This document shows positions 31,578 to 42,439 of a stretch of 64,000 nucleotides of DNA, piece by piece (the first letter of the stretch is position 1; each line of letters starts with the position of its first letter). The position numbers and the translations under genes were made by a program. The notes under the pieces are model-generated. The model worked only from the letters and a program-made list of their open reading frames with translations, ran no database searches and was not told the origin of the DNA. Source of the stretch: an uncultured Planctomycetota bacterium. Its GTDB lineage: Bacteria > Planctomycetota > Planctomycetia > Isosphaerales > Isosphaeraceae. The stretch is from NCBI GenBank assembly GCA_963845755.1, contig CAWJTV010000009.1:128001-192000 (forward strand), in the 5' to 3' direction.

Positions 31578-33038
31578 CTACAAATCCCAGACCCGCCGTC
31601 CCTTGAGGAACATGGTGAGATAGCCGTCCTCGCTGACCTTGAGGACCGGCCCGTGTAGCGAGGCGGCCAGCGCGGCGAGGGTGCGGGCGCCCTGGACGGC
31701 GCGGCCTAATTCGAGGGTCTCCGGCGCGATGCGGAGGATCGCGCCGAAGCTGAGCAATCGCCCGTCCAGGTCGGTGACGACGGCTCCGTCCAGGCTGGCC
31801 ATCGCCTCCAGGATCGACGGTTCGATGTCGGCCAGAGTCAGGCCCCGCACCACATGATGGAGCGATCGCTTGGCGTGCTTGGGCGAGAGGTTGTCCGGGT
31901 CCTCGGGGTCGTCGGTCAGGACCTCCGCGTGGATCTGGTCGGGCGGGGACAAGAGTTGCGGCACCGATTGCTCGGGATCGCGCAGCACCACGAACAGGGC
32001 GCCGAGCCGGGCCTCGCTGAGGTTGAGCGCCGCATGGAACAGTGCCGAGGCCAGTCCGGGCCATCGCGCTCGGCCGATTGCCTCGCACCAGACGGCGAAC
32101 TTGCTGGGGATGTCGAGGAGTCGCCATCGGGCATCGCTGAAACTGAACATCAGCGATCCGCGGGCGAAGACCTTGATCTCCTGGGCAGGGTTGAGTACCA
32201 GGCAGACGTGCCCGCCGGCGCGGGTGGCCTTGGCATGGTCGCGGTAGACCCGGGGACACGGATGGACCGGCGGCTCGCTCCCCTGGACGGTCTCGGCCCA
32301 CCGGCCCACGTCGATCAGCCGGGCCAGGTCCCCCTGAAGGTCGATCAGGAAAACCGTCCGGGATCCGTCGCAAAGCCGGTGAAAGCCCTTGATCGCCGTC
32401 AGTCGCGCGTTGAACGTGGGCGCACCGCCGCGGTTCTTCCGGTCCGGTGCGGCCGGGTCGTGCTCCGTGCCGAGCAAGAGCGCACCCATGGTGACCCGTC
32501 GGTTCTCGTAGGTCGACAGCGCCGCGACCCGGAGTGCCTCCAACGCCGCCGTTACGCAATACGGACTGACCGCCTCCAGGTAGTCGGCGACGATCAGGTC
32601 CTCGGTCTGGTAGCTGAACCGATCGATCCGATGGGAGAGATCCTGGTTCAACAGTCCCCGGAACCGGAAGTCGATCGCCTCCACGATCACCTCGACCATC
32701 CGGCGCTCCGAAGGAAGCAGCGGTGTCGGATTGCCCGACTGGAAGGCCACCCGGCTCCCCAGCCACTCGATCTCGACCCCCATGCCGTCGGGATCCTCAT
32801 GGAGCCGGTAATAGGTCTCGTCCGACGAGCCATCCCAGTCGATGATGCTCCGATCGCCGAGGATCTCAAGCTGGGCGCCGGGGAAGAAATGTTCCAGAGT
32901 GCGCCGCAGCACGATCTGGTAGACGCCGACGATCCGTGAGATCGGCTCGCTCGACCGTTCGCTTCGCGTGGACAAGGCTTCCTCCCGCGAATCCGCCGAT
33001 GGAAAAGCCCGAGACAATCCGGACGCTGGTTCCGTCAT
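31578..33038 (-). CDS. DisA_N/diadenylate-cyclase-like domain protein (start approximate)
   Basis: C-terminal GALFVV..ASLDGAVV..GRLLSFGAIL..GARTLAA..KVSEDG. Confidence 0.8.
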   Translation of the reverse strand: MTEPASGLSRAFPSADSREEALSTRSERSSEPISRIVGVYQIVLRRTLEHFFPGAQLEILGDRSIIDWDGSSDETYYRLHEDPDGMGVEIEWLGSRVAFQSGNPTPLLPSERRMVEVIVEAIDFRFRGLLNQDLSHRIDRFSYQTEDLIVADYLEAVSPYCVTAALEALRVAALSTYENRRVTMGALLLGTEHDPAAPDRKNRGGAPTFNARLTAIKGFHRLCDGSRTVFLIDLQGDLARLIDVGRWAETVQGSEPPVHPCPRVYRDHAKATRAGGHVCLVLNPAQEIKVFARGSLMFSFSDARWRLLDIPSKFAVWCEAIGRARWPGLASALFHAALNLSEARLGALFVVLRDPEQSVPQLLSPPDQIHAEVLTDDPEDPDNLSPKHAKRSLHHVVRGLTLADIEPSILEAMASLDGAVVTDLDGRLLSFGAILRIAPETLELGRAVQGARTLAALAASLHGPVLKVSEDGYLTMFLKGRRVWDL

Positions 33039-33591
33039 CAACGAGCCGAGCCAGTTGAGTTGCCATGGTACCATGAGCCACCCACCCTATTCTTCTGTCG
33101 GACGACAATCCGATCCAGTCATTGGGGCCTTCAACGACCCAGGAATCACGCCGATATGCCGGATGAATCCCGGCCCGGCGATCGTCGGCGTCGGCGGCGC
33201 CACGGGATCATCGGCAATCCCGCAAACGTCGACGAAAACGGAATTGTCGCGGCAACCCATTTTCTCAGAGCACATTGTGTATTTTGTCCGGGACTCTGTT
33301 CCGGCCGCAGCTCCGGTGATCCCGACGCGAGATTGTAACGCTTTCCCCGATTCTGACGACACGAGCCCCTCGAGTGAGGGCGGGATGATCAAAGTCAGCT
33401 TCGAGCGGGGGACGATCCTTGTATTTCAGCCCCGTCGCGGCCTCGCAGGGTTGTCCGGCCGGCCTTGCCGGGTGCCGGAGTTCCTGTTACGATCCTCGCC
33501 CCGACTCGTTACTGTTCGCGAGGGATCGCGAGCGTACGGCGGGACCAATCAGCCGACGACGGGTTTCCATAATGACAAGGAGGTCGGCGCG

Positions 33592-34266
33592 ATGACCAAC
33601 CGACGTACGTGGATACGCCGGGCATTGATCGCGGGTTCGGTCGGGATCGGCACGCATCAGCTCTGGCGGCACGGCCACGACTACGTCTTCATGGAACAGT
33701 TCCAGGTCGTCGAGCCGGGTAAGATCTATCGCGGCGCCTGGCAGAAACCCTGGCCGATGAAACGACTGGTCCGCGACTACAAGATCAAGACCATCCTGGC
33801 CCTGGCCCATCCGGCCGATCACTACCTGTCCGTCCAGGAGCGCGAGCTGGCGAGCGAGGTGGGGATTCGCTGGATCCATATCCCGATCATCGACCAGCGC
33901 GGGACGAAAGACCGCCCCGCGGAAGACGCGGTCTCCGATTTGCTCGATGAAGCGGCGGCCGTCCTCGCCGATCCGGCCAACTATCCGATCTTCTTCCACT
34001 GCCATCACGGTCTGAACCGCGCGTCCATGGTCCAGATCGCCTACCGGACCAGGTATTGCGGCTGGTCCTTCGAGCGAGCCGCCGACGAGGTGGACCGCAC
34101 GGTGGGCCTGGTCAAGGTCACCCATGGCCCCGACTACCGGCACATGCTCTCTTACTACCAGAACCGGGTCCTGCCCCTCCGCAAGCAGCAATCTCAGAAA
34201 ACGTCCGTCGCACTTCCGGATCTCACCGCCCGGGTCGAGCCGACGGTCGAAGGCTCGTCGCGGTGA
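33592..34266 (+). CDS. Protein tyrosine/dual-specificity phosphatase family protein
   Basis: FFHCHHGLNRAS CX5R P-loop; SD AAGGAGG upstream. Confidence 0.85.
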   Translation: MTNRRTWIRRALIAGSVGIGTHQLWRHGHDYVFMEQFQVVEPGKIYRGAWQKPWPMKRLVRDYKIKTILALAHPADHYLSVQERELASEVGIRWIHIPIIDQRGTKDRPAEDAVSDLLDEAAAVLADPANYPIFFHCHHGLNRASMVQIAYRTRYCGWSFERAADEVDRTVGLVKVTHGPDYRHMLSYYQNRVLPLRKQQSQKTSVALPDLTARVEPTVEGSSR

Positions 34267-34499
34267 TCGAACTGTCTCCAATCGACCGAAGCCGGCACAG
34301 AGCCCATCCCTCACGATTCGGCCACTTCGAGCGCAAGCCGGGTGCTTCCCTCGGACCAAAGTCGCCGTACGATCAATTCCTCGCGGGCCACCGCTTGATT
34401 CTCAGTCGTTCCCCTCTAAGATAAAATCTTATCCCGGCCGCGGTGCCGGGCTGCCGGGAACTTTGGAAATCAAGGTGAAGACACTGGGAGGTTCCTCGA

Positions 34500-35009
34500 T
34501 TGAACATCCGCTCCGCGCGCGTGGGTGACGTCTCTGCCATTTACGAGCTGATCCGGACCTTCGCCGAGCGGAAGCTGATGATCCGCCGGTCGATGGGAGA
34601 GCTGTATGAATCGATCCGCGAGTTCCTCGTCGCCGTGGACGACGAGGGCCGGGTCGTTGGCTGCGTCGGCTTGCACGTGTTCTGGGAAGACCTGGCGGAG
34701 CTGAGGTGTCTGGCCGTGGCCGAGCACCTCCAGGGGCAGGGGCTCGGACGCCGGCTGGTCGATGCCTGCTGGGAATCGGCCCGCGACCTGGAGATCGCCA
34801 CCGTCTTCACCCTGACGCACGCGACCGGATTGTTCGAGCGATGCGGATATCACCAGGTCGAGAAGTCCGAGCTCCCGCACAAGATCTGGAACGAATGCGT
34901 GCGCTGTCCGCTATTTCCGAGCTGCCAGGAATCCGCTCTGATTCGCTCCGTCGATCCCGATCGGGCGCGGTCTGCCGCGGCGCGAGACCTGGTCACCCTT
35001 GAAGCCTGA
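34500..35009 (+). CDS. argA: GNAT acetyltransferase, short N-acetylglutamate synthase type
   Basis: LYESIREF, LAELRCLAV..QGQGLG, LPHKIWNECVRCP; TTG start with GGAGG. Confidence 0.75.
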   Translation: MNIRSARVGDVSAIYELIRTFAERKLMIRRSMGELYESIREFLVAVDDEGRVVGCVGLHVFWEDLAELRCLAVAEHLQGQGLGRRLVDACWESARDLEIATVFTLTHATGLFERCGYHQVEKSELPHKIWNECVRCPLFPSCQESALIRSVDPDRARSAAARDLVTLEA

Positions 35010-35011
35010 TC

Positions 35012-36721
35012 TTGGAACGCTCGACGCGCCTACGCCTGCTGGTGGTCAGCGCGGCGGTCGGCCTGGCGACCGCGGTCGTCATGCTGGCCACCGAGCCGCG
35101 CATGGCCATCGTCTGGGACGAGGGATATACCCTCGGCCGCGAGGCGCGGCTCCGGGACTGGTTCCGAGGATTGGCTGATCCGGTCCGATTCGCGAAGGAG
35201 TGGCGACCGCTTCCTCCGGACCGGGAACTTGTCCAACTGGACGGCGCGCAGCCTCCCGGGCCCGAACAGCTCGATAGCCGGTCAAAGCTCTTCTTCAATC
35301 GCCAGGCGCTGGAATGGTTCTGGCCCTTCGCGCGGGAAGAGCCGCACGGTCATCCCCCGTTCTATGCGTTGCTCGGCCTGGTCGGGGATGTCCTGGCGCC
35401 ATCCTGGCAGGACTTGCCTCGCGCGCGTTTGGGGCCGATCCTGCTGTTCAGCTTCACGGCCGGGGCGATCTTCGGGTTCGTCGCGGCCCGATGGGGGCGG
35501 TGGGCCGCGACGCTGGCGGCTGGCTCGTGGACCTTCCAGCCGAACCTGTTCGGCCACGGGCATTACGCCGCCTATGACGCCGTGCTCACGTCACTCTGGG
35601 TGCTGGCGATCCTCGCGTTCGTCCCGGCCACGACACCCGGGACCAACCCCAAACCGGCTGCGACGCGATGGGCCTGGGCGCTGACCTTCGGCCTGATCCT
35701 CGGCTGCTCGTTCGCCACCAAGCTGACCGGCTGGTTCCTGCCGTTGCCGTTCCTGAGCTGGGCGGTCTGGTACCGAAGCCGGCCGGCGTTCCAGACCCTG
35801 CTCATTGGGCTCGCCGTCGGCGCCGCCGTGCTTTTCTTGCTCATGCCGCCGTGGTGGAGCGCGCCGATCGACGGCGTCCTTCGCTTTCTCCAATCCAATC
35901 TCACCCGCCCCGAGACCATCCGGATCAACGTCCAGTTCCTGCACCGCGTCTATGTCACGCCCCGGGAGTGGCTGCCGTGGTACAACACGATGGTCTGGAC
36001 GGTGATGGTCACTCCGGTGGGCTTCCTGGTGTTCGGCCTGATCGGACTGATCGTGGCGGCGTCGCGTCGCCGCGACGACCCGGTCGGGTTGCTGATCGCC
36101 GGACACTGGCTCTTCTTGATGATCCTCCGGGCCATGCCGCACGCCCCGGGCCATGACGGGGTCCGGCTCTTCCTCCCGGCGTTCGGCGTCCTTGCGCTGC
36201 TAGGCGGACTCGGCGCGCGGTTCCTGATGGAGCATGGGGGCCGCTGGGCTCGACCCATCATCGTCGCGGCCCTGGCCGAGGGGATCGCGAGCGTCGTGGT
36301 GATGATGCCGGTGCCGCTCTCGTACTTTAGCCCGGTTGTGGGTGGCCTCCCCGGGGCGGTGGCGCTGGGGATGGAGCCGACGTATTACTGGGATGGCCTC
36401 GACGCCGAGGCCCGCCGGTGGCTCATCGCGAATACCCAGCCGGGACGGACGGTTCAGTTCGCGACGTTCCCGACCTCGTGGTTGTATCTGCGGCAAATTG
36501 GCGAGCTGCCGCGCCTGTGGATTCCGAGGTATCGCGAACCGCCGCAATGGTGCGTGGTCCAGAATCGACCCGGGGCTTTCTTGAAAGACAACCGGGCGCT
36601 CGCCACCCGCGGTCGTGCCGCGTTCACGGTCGAGAAGCTCGGCGTCCCTCTCGTCTGGGTCTTTCCGTACAGCGAGCTCGATCGGCTCGGGCTGCGGCGA
36701 TCCCGCCCGGTTGATCAATAA
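35012..36721 (+). CDS. Polytopic GT-C (PMT/ArnT-like) glycosyltransferase
   Basis: WDE after the first TM, HPPFY, ATKLTG, HDGVRLFLP; many TM helices. Confidence 0.8.
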   Translation: MERSTRLRLLVVSAAVGLATAVVMLATEPRMAIVWDEGYTLGREARLRDWFRGLADPVRFAKEWRPLPPDRELVQLDGAQPPGPEQLDSRSKLFFNRQALEWFWPFAREEPHGHPPFYALLGLVGDVLAPSWQDLPRARLGPILLFSFTAGAIFGFVAARWGRWAATLAAGSWTFQPNLFGHGHYAAYDAVLTSLWVLAILAFVPATTPGTNPKPAATRWAWALTFGLILGCSFATKLTGWFLPLPFLSWAVWYRSRPAFQTLLIGLAVGAAVLFLLMPPWWSAPIDGVLRFLQSNLTRPETIRINVQFLHRVYVTPREWLPWYNTMVWTVMVTPVGFLVFGLIGLIVAASRRRDDPVGLLIAGHWLFLMILRAMPHAPGHDGVRLFLPAFGVLALLGGLGARFLMEHGGRWARPIIVAALAEGIASVVVMMPVPLSYFSPVVGGLPGAVALGMEPTYYWDGLDAEARRWLIANTQPGRTVQFATFPTSWLYLRQIGELPRLWIPRYREPPQWCVVQNRPGAFLKDNRALATRGRAAFTVEKLGVPLVWVFPYSELDRLGLRRSRPVDQ

Positions 36722-36767
36722 TCGGGTATCAATAACTCCGAATGACGCTCGTGGCCGACTTCGTGGA

Positions 36768-37862
36768 TCAAGAGGCGGACAGGACGGGGACCTGATCCCA
36801 GAGTCGGACACGGTCGTCGCCGCCGATCGCTGCCAGGGTCCGACCGTCGGGTGAGAAGATCACGGCTCGGAGGCTCGCGCTGCCTTCCAGCCGGTGCAGG
36901 TCTTCTCGGGTCGCGACGTTCCAGAACTGAGCCCGATTATCAAGGCCCGCTGAGCCCAGCAAACGTCCATCGGCCGAGAAGGCCACGGAACCGGCCGCGG
37001 CAGCAGGTCCCTCGATCCAACGGTCGAGCCGTCCCGAGTTCCATTCCCAGATCTGAACGTCGCGCCGTCCGCTCATGAACGCCAGCCGGACGCCCTCGGG
37101 CAGGCGGGTGAGCCCGAGGAACGGGCCGCGTGGCATCTCCAGGCGGAGCCTCGGCCGGCCGAGGGAAACGTCCCAGATCAGGATTACCGGATGATCCCTC
37201 TGGACGGAGATGATCGATCGACAATCCGGCGCGAAGGCGAGGCTGAAGACCGGAAATGAATGGCCCTGCAAGATCGTCCGCACCCGTCCGGCCGAGAGGT
37301 CCCAGACGATGATCTCGTTGTGACGTTTGCTCGCCACCGCCAGGGTCCTGGCGTCGGGCGAGAACGCGAGCGCCGTGATCTGGTCGATTGGCATCCTCAC
37401 GTGCCTCACGGGCCCGCCGGGTTCCAGGTCGCACAGGACGATCTCGGACTCGGCACCAGCCAGGGCCAGAAGCCGGCCATCGGGCGAGAACGCCATCGCC
37501 CAGGCAAGGTTGCGGAGGGGGAGGAATCGTGCGATTCGGCCGACGTCATCCCGGTTCCGAAACTCCACGCCTCCGTCCGGATGGGAGGTCGCGATCGTTC
37601 CTCCATCGGGGGTGAATGCGACCGCGAGAGCCCGAATCGGCGAGGACTCTGGTGCCGGCGACTTCGCAGGCTCGTTCGAAAGGTTCGGGCTCGAGATCCA
37701 CGGCAACGTCGCCACGATCATCAAGGAGAGGATGATCAGAGGGTGGTTCCCCAGGGAGAACCTCGTGTATCCCAGCCGGGTTTGCTCCAGGCCGCCCTGA
37801 TCACCAATGCGGATCGCCCGGGAATAGGTCCGCTCGTATCGCATGGGTCCACTCCCAACCAC
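36768..37862 (-). CDS. WD40-repeat protein (start uncertain)
   Basis: Repeated AFSPDG, IVWD, GHSFPVFSLAF, VRLWD. Confidence 0.8.
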   Translation of the reverse strand: MVGSGPMRYERTYSRAIRIGDQGGLEQTRLGYTRFSLGNHPLIILSLMIVATLPWISSPNLSNEPAKSPAPESSPIRALAVAFTPDGGTIATSHPDGGVEFRNRDDVGRIARFLPLRNLAWAMAFSPDGRLLALAGAESEIVLCDLEPGGPVRHVRMPIDQITALAFSPDARTLAVASKRHNEIIVWDLSAGRVRTILQGHSFPVFSLAFAPDCRSIISVQRDHPVILIWDVSLGRPRLRLEMPRGPFLGLTRLPEGVRLAFMSGRRDVQIWEWNSGRLDRWIEGPAAAAGSVAFSADGRLLGSAGLDNRAQFWNVATREDLHRLEGSASLRAVIFSPDGRTLAAIGGDDRVRLWDQVPVLSAS

Positions 37863-38182
37863 TCGGGTGACTCTGACCGGTGCGTATCACCGAGACATCT
37901 TCAGACCAGATCTCGAAGAAGCGACGGATTCTCATGATGGACGATCAGCGGGAGCCGAGAGCGTGAGCCTTCGGCGGCGCCGATGGGAACCGCGGATCGT
38001 GCAAGACCTCTGAGCCCGACAGCCCCTGAACGTGGCTCAGGTCACGGAGCAAACAGACTCGCCTCGCGGTCCGTATCGGTGCCCGCGAGGAAACTTGTCC
38101 GGTTGGCGCAGGGACCCACCCCCTGGAAAAAGGCCAGGGCCGATGCTCCTTGAGACGGCGTCACGGCCAGCCGGATGACGAT

Positions 38183-40256
38183 TCACCGTCGGTCGGGCCG
38201 GTTCGCCTGGAAGAGGAGATACCGGCCATCCGGGGAGAACGACAGGCCCCCGAGCTGCTGGGCCGTCATCCCTGGACGCAGGTGTTCGACCACCTCCAGC
38301 CGCCTCGCTCCGAGGGATTCGCCGCGCTCGACGCAGTACAGTTCCCGCTTGCCCGTCTCCGCGCCGACGAAGATACAGCGGCGCGTGCCGGGCTGGTAAA
38401 CCGGCCAGCGCGGCGTGACGTCGAGCTCATCGCCCCTTTTCCAGAGGACCTCGATGATCCGCGCCTCGGACGGCTTGCGCACGTCGAGGAGGGCGATCGA
38501 GTCGGCTTTCCCGTCTGTGGTGAGGACCGACACCAGCGTCCCGGGGCCGGCCCAGCTCGGCCAGGAGATGATCTGATGGCCGGGGACCTGCACGACACCG
38601 CCCTGCTTGGTATCGAGGTTGATCACCGTGGAGGTCGTGGGTTTGTCGGAATAGTCATTGATCAGGAACTCGCGGCCGTCTGGAGACCAGAAGGGAGCCC
38701 CGAATTCGCCGACGAGACGTCGTCCCGTGCCGTCGGCCTGCATGACCCAGATCCCGGGCTCCGCGCCCGGCACAGCTCGGGGATGGAGCAAGAACGCGAT
38801 CCGCTTGTCGTCCGGGGAAAAGGTCGGGTGATTGCCCTCGCCGAGATCCGTGAATGTCGGACGACCGTCGCGTACCTCGATCGCCATTAATCGCGCCAGG
38901 GGCCACTGGCTTCCCGCGGTGTCGAAGACAATCCGATTGCCGTCATGCGACCACGCGGGTAGGCCGGAACAGATGAGATCCGGGATCGGTTCGTCGGCGA
39001 TCAGGGTCGTCCCCCCCTCGACGAGATCCAGCATGTAGAGCTGATAATTCCACCCCTGATCCGCACTGGGTTTTGCGGGATGGTGCTTCAGCACGTCGGC
39101 CAGTCGAGCGACCGCTTCGGTGGGCTTCGGCGCCTCGAGAGCATTGGCGAGCTGGGTGAGGGCCGCCCGGGCGACCAACGCGGTTCGCTTGGGGGCGTTA
39201 AGCAGTGCATTCAGGCCGGCGCGGATCTCTTGCAACTCCTTCCGCATCCCGGCGTTGCGCCGGGCCGACTCGTCCAGTTCGGATTCGAGGTTGTTCACCG
39301 AGCGAGCCAGGGCCTCCTGAGGGTCGGTGGTGCCGGATGCCGATTGGGTCGGTTCCTGGGCTCTTTCGAGACCGCCGAGCCATCCGAAAGTCTGGGCACT
39401 TCCGAGTGCGAAGACGCCGGCCAGCCCAGCCGCGCCCAGGATTGCCAGCTTGGAGACTGTCATGGTGTAAAGCATCCCCCTGGCCAGTGTGGTTGCCGTC
39501 GCCGAGGCGAAAGTGGCCTCGGCCGGAAGCCGTCCCGCGAAACTCAGTGACGCCCGGACCGTCGTATCGAGCAGCCTTGCCGGCAACGCCGTCCGCACGG
39601 TCGACGTCAGGTTCGCGGCGAGTCCAACCGCGGGTAATCCCAGGCCTCTGCGGTCTAATCGCCCGCGCAAACGCTCTCGTGCCCGCGACAGCCGGGACAA
39701 GACGGTCCCCTTGGGACAACCGATCCGCAGCGCCGCCGCCTCGGTGCTCAGGCCCTCCAGGTAGCACAGGACGACCGGTTCCCGGTAATGCTGCGGCAGG
39801 CGGGCGATCTCTTCATGGAGCTCCGGCCAGCACTCGGGCGAGCCCCTCTCGCTGGCGAACTCCGCCGCCCTCATGACTGCACTCCGCCGCTCGTAGACCC
39901 TCCGGCGGGTCGCGTGGGCTTTCGCACGCACGGCGACCCGGAGGGCAACTCCATGAAGCCAACTGGCCACGGAATCGGTCTTGCGGACCGAGGCCGCCTT
40001 GCGAGCCAACACGAGGAACGTGGCCTGGAACGCGTCCTGAGCATCGTGCGTGTTGCCGAGCACCTCCCGGCAGACGCCCAGAACCATCGGCCCGTGGCGA
40101 TCCACTACGCGCCGTGAAGGCGGCGTGATCGACCTCGTCGTCGGCGTTCAGGAACCGCTGAACGAGTTGCCCGTCGGAGAGGTCGCCGACCACGCCGAAT
40201 CGAAACAGGGTGTCGTATTCATTGGAAAACTTGGCGCCCACCGATCCGCCCGCCAT
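38183..40256 (-). CDS. ECF sigma factor with TM, coiled coil and C-terminal TolB-like propeller (frameshift near 40110)
   Basis: LSDGQLVQRF, RHGPMVLGVCR..DAQDAFQATFLVL, GTVLSRLSRARERLR, then PAWSHDG and FSPDG repeats. Confidence 0.9.
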
Positions 40257-40482
40257 CGGTTCGGTCTCCTTTTTCGGAAGTCCTGACCCCATAGTGCGAG
40301 ATGGAGGCGCGCCGATTCCAACTTTCTGGGAAATGGTCCGAGTGCGGGCCGGGCTTGCCATCGACGTAAGCCGATGTTCCAGGTCGAACGAAACACTCGT
40401 CAGATTGGAGCAGAATGGTCCGCCCGAACGTGGACGTGATCGCCCCCATCCGACCGGACCATTGTACGAAGCCAGCTAGAAA

Positions 40483-40541
40483 GTCGGTCAGGCTTTTCAG
40501 CCCGACGTACCCGGTGAGTCAGGCTGGAAAGCCTGACGTAC
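40483..40541. repeat. REP (gtcaggcttttcagcc family)
   Basis: gtcaggcttttcagcccgac / gtcaggctggaaagcctgac; a half copy is at ~27458-27480. Confidence 0.75.
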
Positions 40542-40616
40542 ATGAAGATTGAGCCGCTCCGGACCGCCGTGGGAAAAGCTTACGGCCCGGCGGCTCGGGA
40601 GGGAGATTTGGGCGGG

Positions 40617-40979
40617 TTACTTCTGAGGGGCAGCCATGTACTGGCCGGAGGGAACGACCGGCGTGCCGTAATTGTACGCGTACGCGACCGGCGTCGAACA
40701 GGGTGGGGGCGCACAGGTTTTCTTGTGGCAGAGCCTGGCCAGCAGGCCACCACCACCGCAATGCTTCACCTTGGGTGCACAGGTCTTCACGACCACCGGC
40801 TTGCAGCGCACCACGGGCGGGGGGGGTGGTACAGGCCTGGGGCAAACTGCCACAACGGGCGTACAGGAAACCGGTGCCACGCAAGCACACCGCTTCTTGT
40901 GGCAGGCCTCGGCGTTCCCCGCCATCACCAGCGTGCCCAGGACTCCAGTGAAGACCAAAGTTGACAGGTGTCTCATCAT
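40617..40979 (-). CDS. Small secreted Cys/Pro-rich protein
   Basis: Signal peptide ending NAEA, then CHKKRCAC.. with 11 Cys. Confidence 0.7.
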   Translation of the reverse strand: MMRHLSTLVFTGVLGTLVMAGNAEACHKKRCACVAPVSCTPVVAVCPRPVPPPPPVVRCKPVVVKTCAPKVKHCGGGGLLARLCHKKTCAPPPCSTPVAYAYNYGTPVVPSGQYMAAPQK

Positions 40980-41272
40980 CAATGCATCTCCGTGAAAGTT
41001 CCAACCGGTTGAGCCTGACGCAACAGTCGTTGACCCGGCCGGTTGTCGGAATTGGGAAGCCGAGGGGCTTCCCGTCGAGTAAGTTAGATGATCCGGCGGC
41101 GAATTGCAAACGTCAAAGACGTCTCGGGGGTCCGATTGGCCATCAGTTGAGTGGGTGCATCCTGCCAATCATGCTTTTGGTTCGACAGGTGGGATGCGCC
41201 GAGAGAACGTAAGAGGACCGGATAGCGAATTCAAGAATCAAGATTTCCAAGAATATTCATCGTGAATGGAAT

Positions 41273-42139
41273 CTAGGGGGTTTCCGCCGGGTCGGTTTGT
41301 GCCTCGGGCCGAGCGAGTCCATACTTGAGGATGGCCACGACGACGCCGCCGCCCAGGGTATTGCCGAGTGTGGCCCAGAGCAGGAAGTGGCCGACGTCCG
41401 CCGGCGTGATGCCCTGCCCCGAAAAGGCACCGGCAAAGACCTCGACGGCCCCCAGGATCGCGTGGTGCAGGCCCGCGAAGCCGATCGCGGTGGTTACCAG
41501 CCAGACGAGAACGATCTGGCTGATCGTGTCGCGGCCCGCGGCCACGAGCCAGGAAAGCAGGCCCATCAGCCAGCCGGCGAGGATGCCGCTGAGGAAGATG
41601 GTCTGCGCCGGGTGGTCGGTCAGGCGGTGGGCGATCTCGCCGAAGGCGCGCGGGGCGATCCTGCCGAGAGACGGGCCGACGAGCGTGGCCAGCAGGGCGA
41701 AGCAGGCCGCTCCCAGCACGTTGGCGATCCAGACCACGCACCAGAGCCGCAGCAGCGCGGCGATCGAGGACTGGCCCCGCAATGTGGGCAGGACTGCCAG
41801 GGCCGTTTGCTCCGTGAACAGCTCCGACCGACCAACGATCACAAAAATGAAGCCCACGGAATACAGGTTGGCGACCAGGAGGTGCTCCACGGGCTTCGGC
41901 AAGACGCCGTCGGCCTGCGTCAGGACGACGGCCATGAGGAAGAGGCTGAATCCGACGTCGAGTCCGGCGGACAGGCCGGAGACGAACAGGCCGACCGCCG
42001 GGCGCTTCAGGGCGTCGAGCCCTTCATCGATCTCATGCTGAAGGATCTGACGGGACGCCTTCTTCGGCGCCAGCTCCCCGACGTCGGCCGGGCGAAGATC
42101 AGAGCCGCTCTCGGGACGGACGGGTGTAGTAGTGACCAT
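41273..42139 (-). CDS. Formate/nitrite transporter family protein (YfdC-like)
   Basis: SGLSAGL, YSVGF..GRSELFTE, ANVLG, ILAGWLM, TLGNTLGG. Confidence 0.9.
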   Translation of the reverse strand: MVTTTPVRPESGSDLRPADVGELAPKKASRQILQHEIDEGLDALKRPAVGLFVSGLSAGLDVGFSLFLMAVVLTQADGVLPKPVEHLLVANLYSVGFIFVIVGRSELFTEQTALAVLPTLRGQSSIAALLRLWCVVWIANVLGAACFALLATLVGPSLGRIAPRAFGEIAHRLTDHPAQTIFLSGILAGWLMGLLSWLVAAGRDTISQIVLVWLVTTAIGFAGLHHAILGAVEVFAGAFSGQGITPADVGHFLLWATLGNTLGGGVVVAILKYGLARPEAQTDPAETP

Positions 42140-42439
42140 GAGCACCTTTCGGCGATCCGTGTCGCTCGGCTCCTCCCCATGTGACGCCGTGCGTCCTTCC
42201 CGTGCAAAGGCGGTGCCCCTTCCAATCCGCAAACCTCCTGAAAAGTGAAGGAGTATGGCGCGTGGTTTGCTCGTGTTTTTCCGGGATGCCGGGCGAAGAC
42301 CTCGGCACAGCGATTTGGCCTACCTGGAAGACTGACTTTCCGAGCAATGGCCCGCCGGCCCAGAGCCGATGGCGGCGGACCGCTTCCGATCATTCGTTTC
42401 CCGAGCAACGAGAAGCGGATTCACCACGAGGAGGGCGCG

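Noticed and set aside
31525..32766. N-terminal ~410 aa of the 770-aa ORF 30454..32766
   Set aside because: Arg/Pro-rich shadow frame overlapping the DAC gene; the real start is at 31524 with an SD and a signal peptide.
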